Positions 31,673 to 44,167 of a stretch of DNA of 64,000 nt are shown in pieces (the first letter of the stretch is position 1; every line of letters begins with the position of its first letter). Below the pieces are notes generated by a model that saw only the letters and a program-made list of their open reading frames with translations, was not told where the DNA came from and did not search any database. Both the position numbers and the translations under genes were made by a program. Source of the DNA: the human T2T-CHM13v2.0 reference genome, Homo sapiens; assembly GCF_009914755.1 (NCBI RefSeq), contig NC_060928.1. One strand, given 5' to 3'.

Positions 31673-32444
31673 GTCTCTCATATCAAATAATTCTGTCTGC
31701 TAGTCTTCTATTACACACAATAGTTTTATGGTTTCCAGTTTACTTCTTCATTTTTTACTGTGTAGTTTATAAATAATACAGAAGCAATTACAGTGTACAG
31801 GTGTTTCTGGCAATGACATTTTGCATTAATTTGTACATTCCATGATAGCTAAATTAATAATAGCATTTTCCTGGGTAAGGAAAGAGTGACCCCTTACTAG
31901 AACATTTCTCTAACTTCGTCATATGTTATGAGAAACTAAGACAAATGAAAATAATTAATTTTCCTGTCTTTCTCTTTCACAAACATAGTTCTGCTTTAAC
32001 TAAATTAGTAATTTTTAGGTAACTTTCAAGTTACATAATTTAAGCTGCAGTAATCTTGCCATAGCTACATTACAAAATGACTTGTGCTAAGAAAAAGGTC
32101 TAGTAATACATGTTAGCTTGAGGAGTAATACATAACTTATTTATCCATCTTCAACATAACTTATTGTATGTGGGATTAAACTTTAATATTTGTAGGAGAA
32201 AAACAATAAAGCATCTTCAGAAGCTTTAATAAACTCAGCTTTCTATCTTCAAATGAAATTACTACTCTTCTTATGAAAGTATTACCAAGCTAAGTGGTTT
32301 CTTAAGTCGAAGAAATATTATGGTTAAATATTTACTTATTCACCTAAGGTTTATAAGTTATCAAATAGATAATTCTAATGACTTCTTTGTTCTTTTAAAA
32401 TTGTTCCTTTATGTGTTCAAAAATGTTAAATTTTGTTAAGATTT

Positions 32445-33436
32445 TCAAAAATGAACTTCTAATCTCTCTTCCTAACTGGCTGTATTCTTAGTTCTTCTAT
32501 CTCACTTAATTCCAACACTATCCTTCCCCGTCTCAGGCTAAAAACACTAGAGGCATTCTTGAATCCTTTCATAATTCTCACACTAACCACTAACCATCCA
32601 AAATATCAGCCAATTCTGTTGGCTGTATTGTGAAAATAGCCTAACATCACACAATGTGTCACCACATACTCAAGTCTCTTCCTCAGCTGAGTCACATTAA
32701 CTCTCCTGGATGAGCAGTACTTTCCTAACTAGCCTCTCTTCTATTCTTACTGTCTTCTCTCTATGGTCTGTTCTCAACATAGCAGTCATGGTAGTCTTTC
32801 CAAAATGAAAGTTATTCACTCTTCTAATAAAAAAACAAAACAAAACAAAACAAAACTCTCCAATGGCTCTTTGTTTAACTCAAAATCAAATCCAAAATTA
32901 TTTACTTGATCTATAAAGCCTAGCCTATAAACCTACACTCATCTACAAGCCCTGACCTCCCTGTGACCTTCCAGACTGAATCTCTTATTTATTCGTCATC
33001 TCTTTCTTACTCACCCACTTCCAGCCATACCAGCCTTATATTTTCACACATGCTGGATACATTCCCTCCTCAAAACCTTTGCACCGGCTGTTCCTCTACC
33101 CAGATATATGTACTCTATCTCTTTCAAGCCTTTGTTCAAATGTCTTCTCATTTGAATCGCAGCCTTTCTACATACTCATTATGCTGCATCTTCATTGCTC
33201 GCTTTATTTTTCTACAGAACTTCTAATCTCCTGACATATAGTAGCATACAATATAGCTTATATGTTTATTATATTCTGTATGTTTCCATCCAGAATATAA
33301 GTATTACAGCAGCAAGAATTCTTATGTTTGCTTAATAATATAGCATTAGCACTTAAAAGAGTGTCTGACAACGAGTAGGCACACAATAAATATTTGCTGA
33401 AATAATGAATGAATAAATGAATTAATGTATGAATGA
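32445..33436 (+). mobile_element. L2a-like LINE, 3' ~1 kb
   Basis: 'tcaggctaaaaacactagaggcattcttga', 'gttctcaacatagcag', 'ctccaatggct', 'ccagccatacc', ending 'gtaggcacacaataaatatttgctgaa...(tgaa)n'. Confidence 0.85.
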
Positions 33437-33439
33437 GTC

Positions 33440-33670
33440 TCAAACACTGTAACAGGTTCTTTATATATACCTCATTTAATACTTACAACAGCTTTCTGAG
33501 CTAGTTACTGTTATTTTCTGAGTTAAAACAATTCAAAATAACTATGCTAGTTACAGATGTGTCTCAAGTTCTCAAAATCATACAGCTGGTAATCAACACA
33601 GGCACACAGTCATAGTCATAACACAATCTTACTCCTCTCTTTCAGAGTCCATGTTATATCACTGCCCATA
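33440..33670 (-). mobile_element. MIR SINE
   Basis: 'ctcatttaatacttacaacagc...tgagctagttactgttatt...atcatacagctggtaa...cagagtccatg'. Confidence 0.55.
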
Positions 33671-33789
33671 TGCTGGACACTGGAGGTCACAAAATCTCCT
33701 AAAACTTTTGGCAACAAGAAACCTAGAGTTTGTTTGGTAAGACAACCCCTCTACGTTGACAGTGAAGCTGGACAGCTGCGCAGCTCAGG

Positions 33790-34012
33790 GAGTGAGCTGT
33801 GGAGTCAGATCCCAGGGCTCACCTCTTTCTTCTCCTGCCTATTTGCTATTTGCCCTTGGAAAAGTCACTGACTTTCACTTTGCCCATGGTTTCTTGCCTG
33901 CAAAGTGATAGTAATAATAGTAGCAATCACATCGAAGATACTTGTCAGAGTTAAATAAGTAGCTAGGGTATAAGAAAAGTACTTAACACCTTAGCACAGG
34001 GCTTGGTATGTG
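33790..34012 (+). mobile_element. MIR SINE
   Basis: 'gctgtggagtcaga...ccttggaaaagtcact...ctgcaaagtg...taataatagta...gagttaaataag...cttagcacagggcttgg'. Confidence 0.7.
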
Positions 34013-34811
34013 TGTCATGAGCTTTTCAATTTTTTTCAAATTAAGATAAAATTCACATACCATAAAATGTATCACTTGAAAGTGTACAATTCAGTGGTTT
34101 TAATATAATCACAAAGTTGTGCAATCATTATTACTTTCAAATTTCAGAATATTTTCATCATTCCATCCCGACAAACCCTGTGTCTCTTAGTAGTCATCCT
34201 CTAATCACTTCTACCTCTGGCCTCTGGCAACCACTGATCTACATTCTTTATCTATAGATTTGTGTTTCTAGACATTTCTTACAAATGGAATTATATCTTA
34301 CATGGTCTTTTATATCTAATTTATTGCACTTAGCAAGTTTTAAAAGTTCATCCATGTTATGGTATGTATCAGTGCTTCCTTCATTCCTTTTCATGGCTGA
34401 GTAACATTCCAATGTATAAATATATCATATTTTACCTATCCATTCAGTAACGAACAGGCATTTAAGATATTTAAGATATTTTCAGCTTTCATATATCAGG
34501 AATAATCTATGATGAATTGTGTACATTTTTTGGGGGGGGGTAAATGTATATTTCAACTTTCTTGGATAAACACCCAGGAGTATAGTTTTTGAGGTCCTGT
34601 AGTAAATCTGTGTTTAGACATTTGAGAAACTGTCAAACTGGAAGTGGCTGTAGCATTTTACATTTCCATCAGCAAAATATGCGGGTTCTAATTTCTCCAA
34701 ATCACTGTCATTACTTGTTATTGTCTGTGTCTTTGATAATGGCATCCTAATGGGTATAATGTGATATCTCATTGTGGTTTTAATTCACATGTCCCTAAAA
34801 ACTAATGATGA

Positions 34812-35446
34812 TGTGATAGACAGAATAATGGGCCCTCAACGATGCCCAAGTCCTAATCCCTGGAATCTATGAATGTGTTATTTTACATGGCAAGGGAGAA
34901 TTAAGGTTGTAGAAAGATATTATGTTGCTAATCAGTTGACCTTACAATAAGGAGGTTATGCTAGATTACCTGGATGGACCTAATGTAATCACGTGGATCC
35001 TATAAATGTGAAAGAGGGAGTCAGATGAAGGTCAAAAGAGAGGGAGAGAGAAAGAGAGAGAAATTTGAAGATATTAGCTTGGTGCAAAAGTAATTGCTAT
35101 TTTTGCCATTACTTTTCATGGTGTGTATAAACTATGACAGATTTATGTAATTTTTGTCATTACTTTTAATGGCAAAAACAGCAATGACTTTTGCACCAAC
35201 ATTAATACTATGAGACTTCCTTTGAAGATAGAAGAAAAGGACATAAGCCAAGGAATGCAGGCAGCCTCTAGAAGCTGGAAATCAATAAAATAGATGTTTT
35301 CCCTGGAGCATTACTCCAGAAGAAGCATAGCCTTATGATAACCATTTTGGACTTCTTAGCTTTAGACCTATAAGCTAATTAATTTGTATAGTTGTCAGCC
35401 ACTAAATTAGTGACAGCTTGTCACAGCAGCAATAGGAAACTATACA
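34812..35446 (+). mobile_element. MLT1D MaLR solo LTR
   Basis: 'tgtgatagacagaataatgg...cctaatccctggaa...gccaaggaatgcaggcagcctctagaagctggaa...cagcagcaataggaaactataca'; TSD gatga/gatgt. Confidence 0.88.
35074..35205. mobile_element. MADE1 (Hsmar1-derived MITE), expanded to 132 bp
   Basis: TIRs 'ttagcttggtgcaaaagtaattgc' and 'gcaatgacttttgcaccaacattaa'; TA dinucleotides on both flanks (35072-35073, 35206-35207). Confidence 0.92.
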
Positions 35447-35848
35447 GATGTTGCACATCTTTTCATATGCTTACTTTGCAGAAATGTTTATTCGAACCTT
35501 TTGTCCATTTTATAATTGAATTTTTAAATTAAGGAGTTGTAATAGTTCTTTATTTAATCTAGAGCTTTATCATACATTTGATTTGAAAATATTTTCTCTG
35601 ATTCTAGGTTTGTTTTTCCACTTTCTTGATGGTATAATTTGCAACACAAAAGGTTTTTTTAAATTTTGATGAAGCCTAATGTATGTATTTTTTCTTTTGT
35701 TGCTGTGCTTTTGTGGATTAACTAAGAAACCATTGGACAATCCAAAGATGTACTCCTGCGTTTTTTTCTAAGAGGTCCATACTTTAGGTCTTGCATTTGG
35801 GTCTTTGGTCCTTTTTGAGTTAATTTTGAATAGTGTGAGGTAAAGGTA

Positions 35849-36294
35849 TGTATTAGGATTCTCTAGAGGGGCAGAACTAATAGAATAGATACATATATAT
35901 ATATAAAGAGGAGTTTATTAAGTATTAACTCACATGATCACAAAGTTCCACAATAGGCCATCTATAGGCTGAGGTGCAAGGAGAGCCAGTCCAAGTTCCC
36001 AAACTGAAGAATTTGGAGTCTGATGTTCAGGGGCTGGAAGCATCCAGCACGGGAGAAAGATGTGGGCTGAGAGGCTAGGCCAGTCTCTCTTTTCACATTT
36101 TTCTGCCTGCTTATATTCTAGCCACACTGGCAGCCGATTAGATAGTGCCCACCCCGATTAAGGGGTGGGTCACCTTTCCCAGCCCACTAATTTAAATGTT
36201 AATCTCCTTTGGCAACACCCTCACAGACACACCCAGGATCAATACTTTGTATCCTTCAATCTAATCAAGTTGACACTCAGTATTAACCATCATG
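35849..36294 (-). mobile_element. MLT2A1-like HERV-L solo LTR
   Basis: 'tgtattaggattctctagagg...gagtttattaagtattaactcac...caagttgacactcagtattaaccatca'; perfect 5-bp TSD aggta (35844-35848 / 36295-36299). Confidence 0.92.
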
Positions 36295-37719
36295 AGGTAC
36301 AACTTTATTCTTTTTCATGTGAATACCCAGTTGTCCCATCATATGCTCTTACATTTGAGCAGTTACTATTTTTGACATAGCTTAATATATAGTATGATAA
36401 CAAAAAGTATGGTGAGGGAATTATTAAGTTAACAATGAAGTCAGTAGAGAAGATGTTCTACAAAAGATGGTATATGAGTTGAGTTTTAGAAAAGACTAGG
36501 AATTAGGTAAAAAATGGCAGAAATTTTATTTAATGAAGGAAGCTTCATGAATAAGAAAAACAAAGGAAGTGAATTTACACATGTTTAAGGAAGTGAATGT
36601 ATGCATGTTTCAGGAACTGAAATTGATAGGAATACCTGGCAGTTTGAGGACCTTGGAGTGCAGTGACCACAAATAAACAAGAAGAGATGGATAGTACCCC
36701 TAAGAAAAGCTCTCTGTACTCCTAACTCTGGGTTTACCCTTTATAGGGGCACTCACGTAGAGAGAATTTAAAAAAAAGGCTGTGTTTTTTAAAATATCTA
36801 ATTAGTGGAAACTTACTACGCCTTCTTTTCAACAGTTGACTCCCTTATCAATACATAGAGGGTGAGACAATTGTTTAATAGACAATTGATTTAATATAAT
36901 ATTATGATGGGAATGTTTCCACATTGTGTCCCAAAAATATAATTACTCTTCCCAGTGTTTTCAGAGTTTCTTTACTGTCCATAATTTCATATTCATTTTT
37001 CTTTTTTTAAATACGATTTATCTATTCTCATGTGCTCTTGTAACTACCTTCACATATGTCAAGCTGTACTGTCATTTGATAATAGTCGCTTTGGAGTTTC
37101 ATGGTGTGTACAAACTGTGACAGCTTTACCTAATAAATAAAACTGAAATGTCTTCAGAGATTTCACAACTGTCAAATATCATGGCTCTGTTGGGAGATGT
37201 TTAGTTTTGCTGGCATTTAATCTCTTATTTTCAAATGTCATTCTTTGGACATTGCTGTTGTTTAAATGTACAAAATTTGAAAAACCGCTTTAAGACATCA
37301 CATAATAGAGTATGCATAATTTAAACTAAGTTTTAAAACAAAGTTTCAAATATTTTCTATTTTTTCATAACAAGTGTGATTATCAATTTTTTATTAGCCA
37401 TTCTACATATATGTATCCTGCCTTCGTCTAAAGTGCTTCAAGTGTGTGAGGGGAGGGAAGGATGGCTTCCTCACAAATATATTTCTAGGAGGTACTTGGT
37501 AGCTTCTGGGGAAGCATGAATCTGAAACAGTATGATTAATTCAGGAACAAAATATGACTTGCCAAAAGAGAAAGGAAAATAGGATAGCATGTGTATTGAA
37601 AATAACCAATGTTTTCTGTTGTTGTTGTAATTTTAATTCATTTTTTTCTGGTTTGATCTCAAGCATTTAGTTTTTAGCTTTATGAAGAGACAAAACATTC
37701 AACAACAAATATACAGTTT

Positions 37720-39532
37720 TGGCCTGTAAAAAAATGAAAGCCATCATTCACAACCTTACAATAAGTAAAAGGTGACACACTGGAAATTAACTATTTTTCT
37801 TGGACCCATCTGAGAACTGAGATCCCAAGGCAAACCACCATTCTGAAATCTAGACTGATGGGCAAATCCAGAGAGCCATAGCTGAGACCTTATCTGGAAC
37901 AGTCACTGGAGTCATACTGAACATTCGCTAAAACAAAAACCTATTCTCTCTCCAGTAAAAAGACTTACCAGAGTCTTATCCCACCTAGAGGTAGGGCACT
38001 GTTCCAACTCCAGCCTTCTCTAGCATTCCTGTCTAGCCAAAGGTAGGGAGGAGGGAGGAAGCTATATCGCTGGAGAAAACACTTGTGAAAGTCACATTAC
38101 AGACATGGGCAAACAAAAATATTGACACTTTATCCTGCAGTGATAGAACACTTATGTCACCCACACCTTAGCGCCAAACCAACAGAGGGCGCTGGTATAA
38201 CAGATTACAGTGGAAAGGGCTATAAAAACAAACCACAAATGAAAACCAGTTTAACAGAAATTAAGAATGTCTCTGATTGGCTCATCGGTAGACTGAACAT
38301 GTCTGAGGACAGTATCAGTAAACCTGAGGATATGCCCATAGAAACTTCTCTAACTAAAATACAAAGACAATTTTAAAAATAATGACAATAGTATAATAAA
38401 AAGAAGAGAACATCCCAGAATTGTAGTCAGTTTCCAAAGATATTAAATATGACACATATATTAGGAATACCAGAAGCCGAAGAAATAGACAAGGAGCAGA
38501 AGAAATATTTGAATTAATAATGACCATAGTTATTTCGAAAGTAATGATAGAAGCCAAGTCACAGATTCAGGAAGCTCAATAAACACCAAGAGGAATAAAC
38601 ACCAAAGCATCTACATATAAACATATTGTATTCAAACTGAAGAAAAACAAAGACAAAGATTAAAAGTAGTCTGTTGAAATCATACTATTGAACGTAGTTA
38701 GAGAAAAACAAAACAAGACAAACACCTTGGTAATAGAGGAACAAGGGTAAGAATTGCATTAGCCTTCTCATAGAAACAATGCAAACAATAGAGTTGAGTA
38801 AAATATTGAGAGTTGAAAGAGAAAAACTACCAACCTAGAAGTCTATATCCATGAAAATTTTTCATCGAAAGTGAGACAGAAATAAAGACATTGCCAGAGA
38901 AACAAAACCGAGGGGATTCATTATCAGCAGACTTGCCCTGGAAGAAAGGTTAAAAGAAGTACTCCAGGGAAAAGAAAAGTGATAAAGATCAGAAGCTTAG
39001 CTCTACAAAAAGAAAAGACTAATGTCAGAGAAGTAATGAATACAGGTAAATTTTTTTCCTTATGTTTAATACATAAAAGTTCTAATACAGAACTTTTCAA
39101 AGTAATATTAGTAACAAGGTAGTGAATGATTATAGGCTACGGAGAGACAAAATGAAAAGCCGAAAGTATTTTTCCCTAGGAAAAACTTGGGAATACTCTC
39201 TAATAAGAAAACTACACTAACAGTGAAGGAGAATAGGTTATTTGAAAGTGGAATTAGGTTAGTTAAAAACTTAGATTGTGAACTCTCTGGCGACCATTAA
39301 GATAATTTTTAAAACGAAATATGATTGATATTTTAAAGAAGAGAGAAAATTGAGTTATGAAAAATCACATAAAATCTTATTTAAAAACCAGAGAAGGCAG
39401 AAAAACAGGGAGAGGTTAAAAAAGAAAATAAATAAATAACAAGTACAGTAAATAGAAAATTGTTACAAACATAGTAGATATTAATAATTACTTTTAATGT
39501 GAATGGCCTGTATACACCAATTAAAATGCAGA
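37720..39532 (+). mobile_element. Old L1M 5' UTR, ORF1 and start of ORF2 (3'-truncated)
   Basis: ORF1-like LTEIKNVSDWLIGRLNMSEDSISKPED; 'cagattcaggaagctca', 'caacctagaagtctatatcca'; ends at the ORF2 start 'ttttaatgtgaatggcct...ccaattaaaa'. Confidence 0.8.
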
Positions 39533-39599
39533 ATATCCTTAGTAGAAGCAAACAGGACTGAAATTTTTTAGTGTACTTGTGCTTAGCTTCCTGAGCATC

Positions 39600-39755
39600 T
39601 CTTGAGCCTTACAGGAATCTCTTGGTTTTTAACCATTTGCTAATTCTTGTTCTCTAGTCTTCTGTTGATTTTATGAGTCTCTCAATATTATGATTCTAAC
39701 ATATTCCTCTTCTGCTTGTGTTACCAAAGGCCTCATTCTGTGTCTTCCATGAAAA
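39600..39755 (+). mobile_element. Possible LTR16/33-like ERVL LTR 3' remnant
   Basis: 'atattcctcttctgcttgtgttacca...ttctgtg' resembles U5 of old ERVL LTRs. Confidence 0.3.
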
Positions 39756-40598
39756 TTCTTATCAGAAATAGAACTTGTAACTATTTTTGTATCTGATAAA
39801 AATAAGTTGACACATTAGAAAGAAAACTTATTTGGCAACATTTCACCATAAATAAAATTCTGACTTTAGCAAAACATGTTAAGACATGCTATATTTTGAA
39901 AGTGTCTCTGAAACATCATGTCATATTTTGAAATCAAATTTACTTTAGCACAAACGATTGTTAATCCAAGTTTATCTTTCAGTAACATTCGGCAATTTGT
40001 TTACCTTACAATTATGGTACACTTCACTGCCTTGATGATCGATGTATTGCTAATGAGAATGAAAGAAGAAAAGGAAAATGAGCCACTTTAAGAGGTGAGG
40101 TAACAATCTGCAAAAATCACAGTAGCAAATTCACAAAGGCATTTATTGTTGAGATCCAGTCATTAACTACTTGTGAAATGAGATCTGCAAAACAACTCAA
40201 AAACGCTTTCAAAGGAAGCAACAAAACCATGCAACAAATAAATTAAAATACAAATCTAAGCAACAGAAATAACCAAAAATACTTCACAAAAGGTCTTCTG
40301 GGAAGAGATTTTTAGTAAATTGGTGTTCGATGAAACTTGTTTGTTTTAATCATAGATATGAAACTGTCTATGTTTTACACAAAGCTTAAATATTGATAAA
40401 TTTAGTGTTTTATGGTTAAACATAATGAAACCTTAGAATAATTGCAATTTTATGTATTTTCAGTTTGTTGAAACCACTGGCCAATTGAAGCAAGTTAACA
40501 CATCCATTTTCTCTTTAAGATCTTGTTGATCTGTGTTCACAGCTTGGTACAAAGCAAGCATTTTGAATCCATGTGAGTGATTATCATGGCAAAAGTAA

Positions 40599-41021
<423 letters not shown>

Positions 41022-41629
41022 TAATATTTATTATTTAAAAATTACTTTTAAAGGATGCTTATCAGATTGCAGGAGGCAATTTTTAAAATCTCATCTTCCC
41101 ATAGACCTTAAGCTCTTGAAAGCTGTTCTTTTGTGATAATTTACTCTATATTGGTGGGCTTTGTGATAAGCTTTGAATGACCTTAATGTATTAATGCAAT
41201 CTATGCATAATTTAATTGAAATAATAAATCTGAGCTGTTCCGTAAAACTATTTTTCATGAGATAATTTTAAGAGATATTTTTTCTGTGTATGGAAATTGA
41301 AATGGGGGTCTTTTTTTTTTCCCCAAGGAATAAAAACGTGAGTGCTTATCATTCAATAACTGTAACATTTGTTTATAGCTACATCTAATACAGAATACAT
41401 AAATCTTGAGGCTGCTAAGCTTTTTTGCACAAAAAGAATACTTATAGCATAATAATAGCATATTGCCTTCCTACTTCATTTCTAAGACTTCTGAACATAT
41501 TAGAGAGTTGGCCAAGTTTAAAGCTTATGACTCTCCTTTCCAGGTTAAAACAGCCTAGACATTTAACAAGTTACTGTGTTCTACAATTTAAATTCCTTTC
41601 TACTGTGACTTTTTACTTACAACGATATG

Positions 41630-41733
41630 TAATATGTATATATATATATGTATGTATGTATGTATATACATATATGTATGTATGTATGTATATACATATA
41701 TGTATATATGTATATATATGTGTATATATACAC
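41630..41733. repeat. (TA)n/(TATG)n microsatellite
   Basis: Directly visible. Confidence 0.9.
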
Positions 41734-42664
41734 ATTTTGCATATGCTGAATTTGCATTCTTATTTTTACATATGTTATATGCAATATATAATTATATATA
41801 ATGCAAAAATTAGAGATTATAAATTCAGTATATATTTCTGCTTTCCCAGATTTTCAATTTTATTATGATATTAAATGTATTTCCATTTCATTTACTATTA
41901 GTGTAATGCTTTCTTTTAACATTTACTGTGGCTTTCAGTTTTTATTTTTCAGTATTTAGCTTTGCAATATTCTGACATGAAGCCACCTTATTATAGATAA
42001 CTCAGTTCATACTATAAAAGCAGTTTGTTTTACCTGAATAAATTTGATACCAACTGACAAGTGTCATAACGTTTTTTCTCCAATTAACTTTTTGGTGAGA
42101 GTCACCTCAGTATTCCCTCTGATATTTTTCTTTGATATCTGATCCCTTTGGAGGCTCTAAAAATTAATGCTTCATTAACCTGGTATAAATTAGGGAGCAA
42201 ACCTGGCCATCTATATAGATTTTCTACTTCTTGAATTTAAGAGTATGCTATTTTTTCTGAATTATGAAATATTTCCAATTTAAAAGCATAAAAAAAGTTT
42301 ATTGTCTTCTGAGTTTAATATGAGCTTCAGATTTTAACTTTGAAAGCAAACAGATTTAGTGAGTTCCTGTGAAGAATGAAGAAAGGAAGAGTTACTTAGA
42401 ACATGCCTGTCAGACTTTTGTGGTGTTATGTATTTAACATAAAATTGAATGACCTGGAAAAATATTTAATGATACTATTGTATCTCTGTCATAAAAAGAT
42501 ACTTCCAAAACATCAAAGTGACCTCTCAGAAAAGCATTTATTAACAGTGTAAAAAAGATTATTTCCCTGTTATTCATTAGTTCCCCTGCAATTCCTTTTT
42601 AGAAAGGTATTGAAACAGACATTTTTCTTTGAGGACCTTATTTATTGCAAACTTTCTAGTGAAC

Positions 42665-42790
42665 TGAAGAAAGAAAAAGAAAGGGAGAGCTGAGAAAGAG
42701 AGGAAGGGATGGAAGGAGGGAGGGAGGGAGGCAAGGAGCAGGGGAAGGGAGGGAAGAAGGAAGTAAAGAAAGAAGGAGGGAAAGAGGGAC
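42665..42790. repeat. GA-rich polypurine tract
   Basis: Nearly pure A/G run with GGAA/GGGA units. Confidence 0.85.
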
Positions 42791-43259
42791 AATGAGAATG
42801 GGAGATTATACTGGCAAATCTTTAAAAACTTCTGGGTAATTTACTCAATCTGCAACTTCCAATATCAGATTTTGTCAGAAAGATATGAGATGAGAGTAAG
42901 CTGTAATTTTTAAATTTAATTCTAGATGCCTTTTAGCAACATACCAGTAAAGAAAACTGAAGAGACCCCCACTCTTCTGAGGCTTACAAGATAGAGGAAG
43001 CAGGGCGATCAAAACTAAGCAATAGACAGAAGATCAATATATCTTATATGGAACATAAGATGTGTTAATATATACATATTAACTTATTGAATATATATTA
43101 TATATATGAATATATAATATTATATAACTACATACATTAACATAAGTTGACTATGTTGCATGTTAGAAGCTGGAGAGTGCTATGGAATAAAAACAGCAGG
43201 ATTAGGGAGAAGAGAGGGCAGAGGAGGGCATAATTTTACTCAGTGTGGTCAGGATCAGG

Positions 43260-44017
43260 CCATTTCTACCATACCAGTCATTTCTTTAGTGCTTCTTTCA
43301 ATTAATTCCCATCCCCTACAGGAAGTTTGTTTTCCATCACCATAGATCACTTTATTCTAGTCTAATACATCAGATAAAAGAAATCACACAGAATTATACT
43401 GTTTTGTTTCTGATTTTTTCCTGTTGACATACTATTTTGGAGTTTTTTCTATATTTTTACATCAGTAGATAATTTTTTATTGTTGTATAGTATTCCACTG
43501 CATGGATGTGCTGCAATTCATATAAACATTCACCTGTAATCAACTGGATTGTTCATAGTTTTCAGCTATTATGAATATAATTGCTGTAAACATTCTTGTA
43601 CAAATTATATTATATATATATTTTCATTCTTAGAAGGGAATTGCTAGATCAGAGCATAGGTGAAGAAAACTAGTGTATAAGACACTGTTGAATAGTCTTG
43701 CAAAGTGACTGTATTGTTTTCTATTATAAGAATATATCAGAATTCAATTGCTCTTAATTTTTGGCAATATTTCATGTAGTAAGTCTTTTTCATTTTAACC
43801 ATTTTAGTAGTTATGAAATTGGATGAATTGTATCTCACTGTGGTTATAACTTTCTTTTCCCTGTGGAATCATGTTTGGCAAATTACCTTTCATGTGAATG
43901 TTGGCTGTGTGAAAAAAATATCTGTATAGGTGGTATGCCCATTTATTATTGATTGCTTTTCTTCTCATAATTTGTGGAAACACACACATCCACCAACACA
44001 CACACAATATATATATC

Positions 44018-44048
<31 letters not shown>

Positions 44049-44167
44049 GTATACACACACACACACATTTATTCTGGATACAAGTCTTTTGCCAGATAAA
44101 TGTATATCTATTAATTCCCCACAGGCTGAGGCTATCTTTTTCTTTTCTTGTCTTCACAGTTTCTTTA
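43260..44167 (-). mobile_element. Old L1M (ME/MC-like) fragment, left part; includes (CA)n at ~43980-44066
   Basis: 'tttttattgttgtatagtattccactg', 'gctattatgaatataattgctgtaaacattcttgtaca', 'tatctcactgtggtt', 'attctggatacaagtc'. Confidence 0.75.

Larger units (their letters stand above)
34030..36340 (-). mobile_element. L1MB (MB7/8-like) 3' part, hosting nested LTRs
   Basis: 'gataaaattcacataccataaaa...aagtgtacaattcagtggtttt', 'cctctggcaaccactgatctac', 'gatatctcattgtggttttaatt'; sequence resumes collinearly after each insert. Confidence 0.85.

Noticed and set aside
36564-36616. 24-bp tandem duplication (aggaagtgaat...catgttt) with ETS-like cores
   Set aside because: Ordinary local duplication in probable L2 debris; no independent support for function.
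41425-41868. Longest ORF (147 aa), plus similar ORFs at 59946-60338 and 43804-44289
   Set aside because: They stay open only because TA/TG/CA microsatellites lack stop codons (YI/CV/HT runs).
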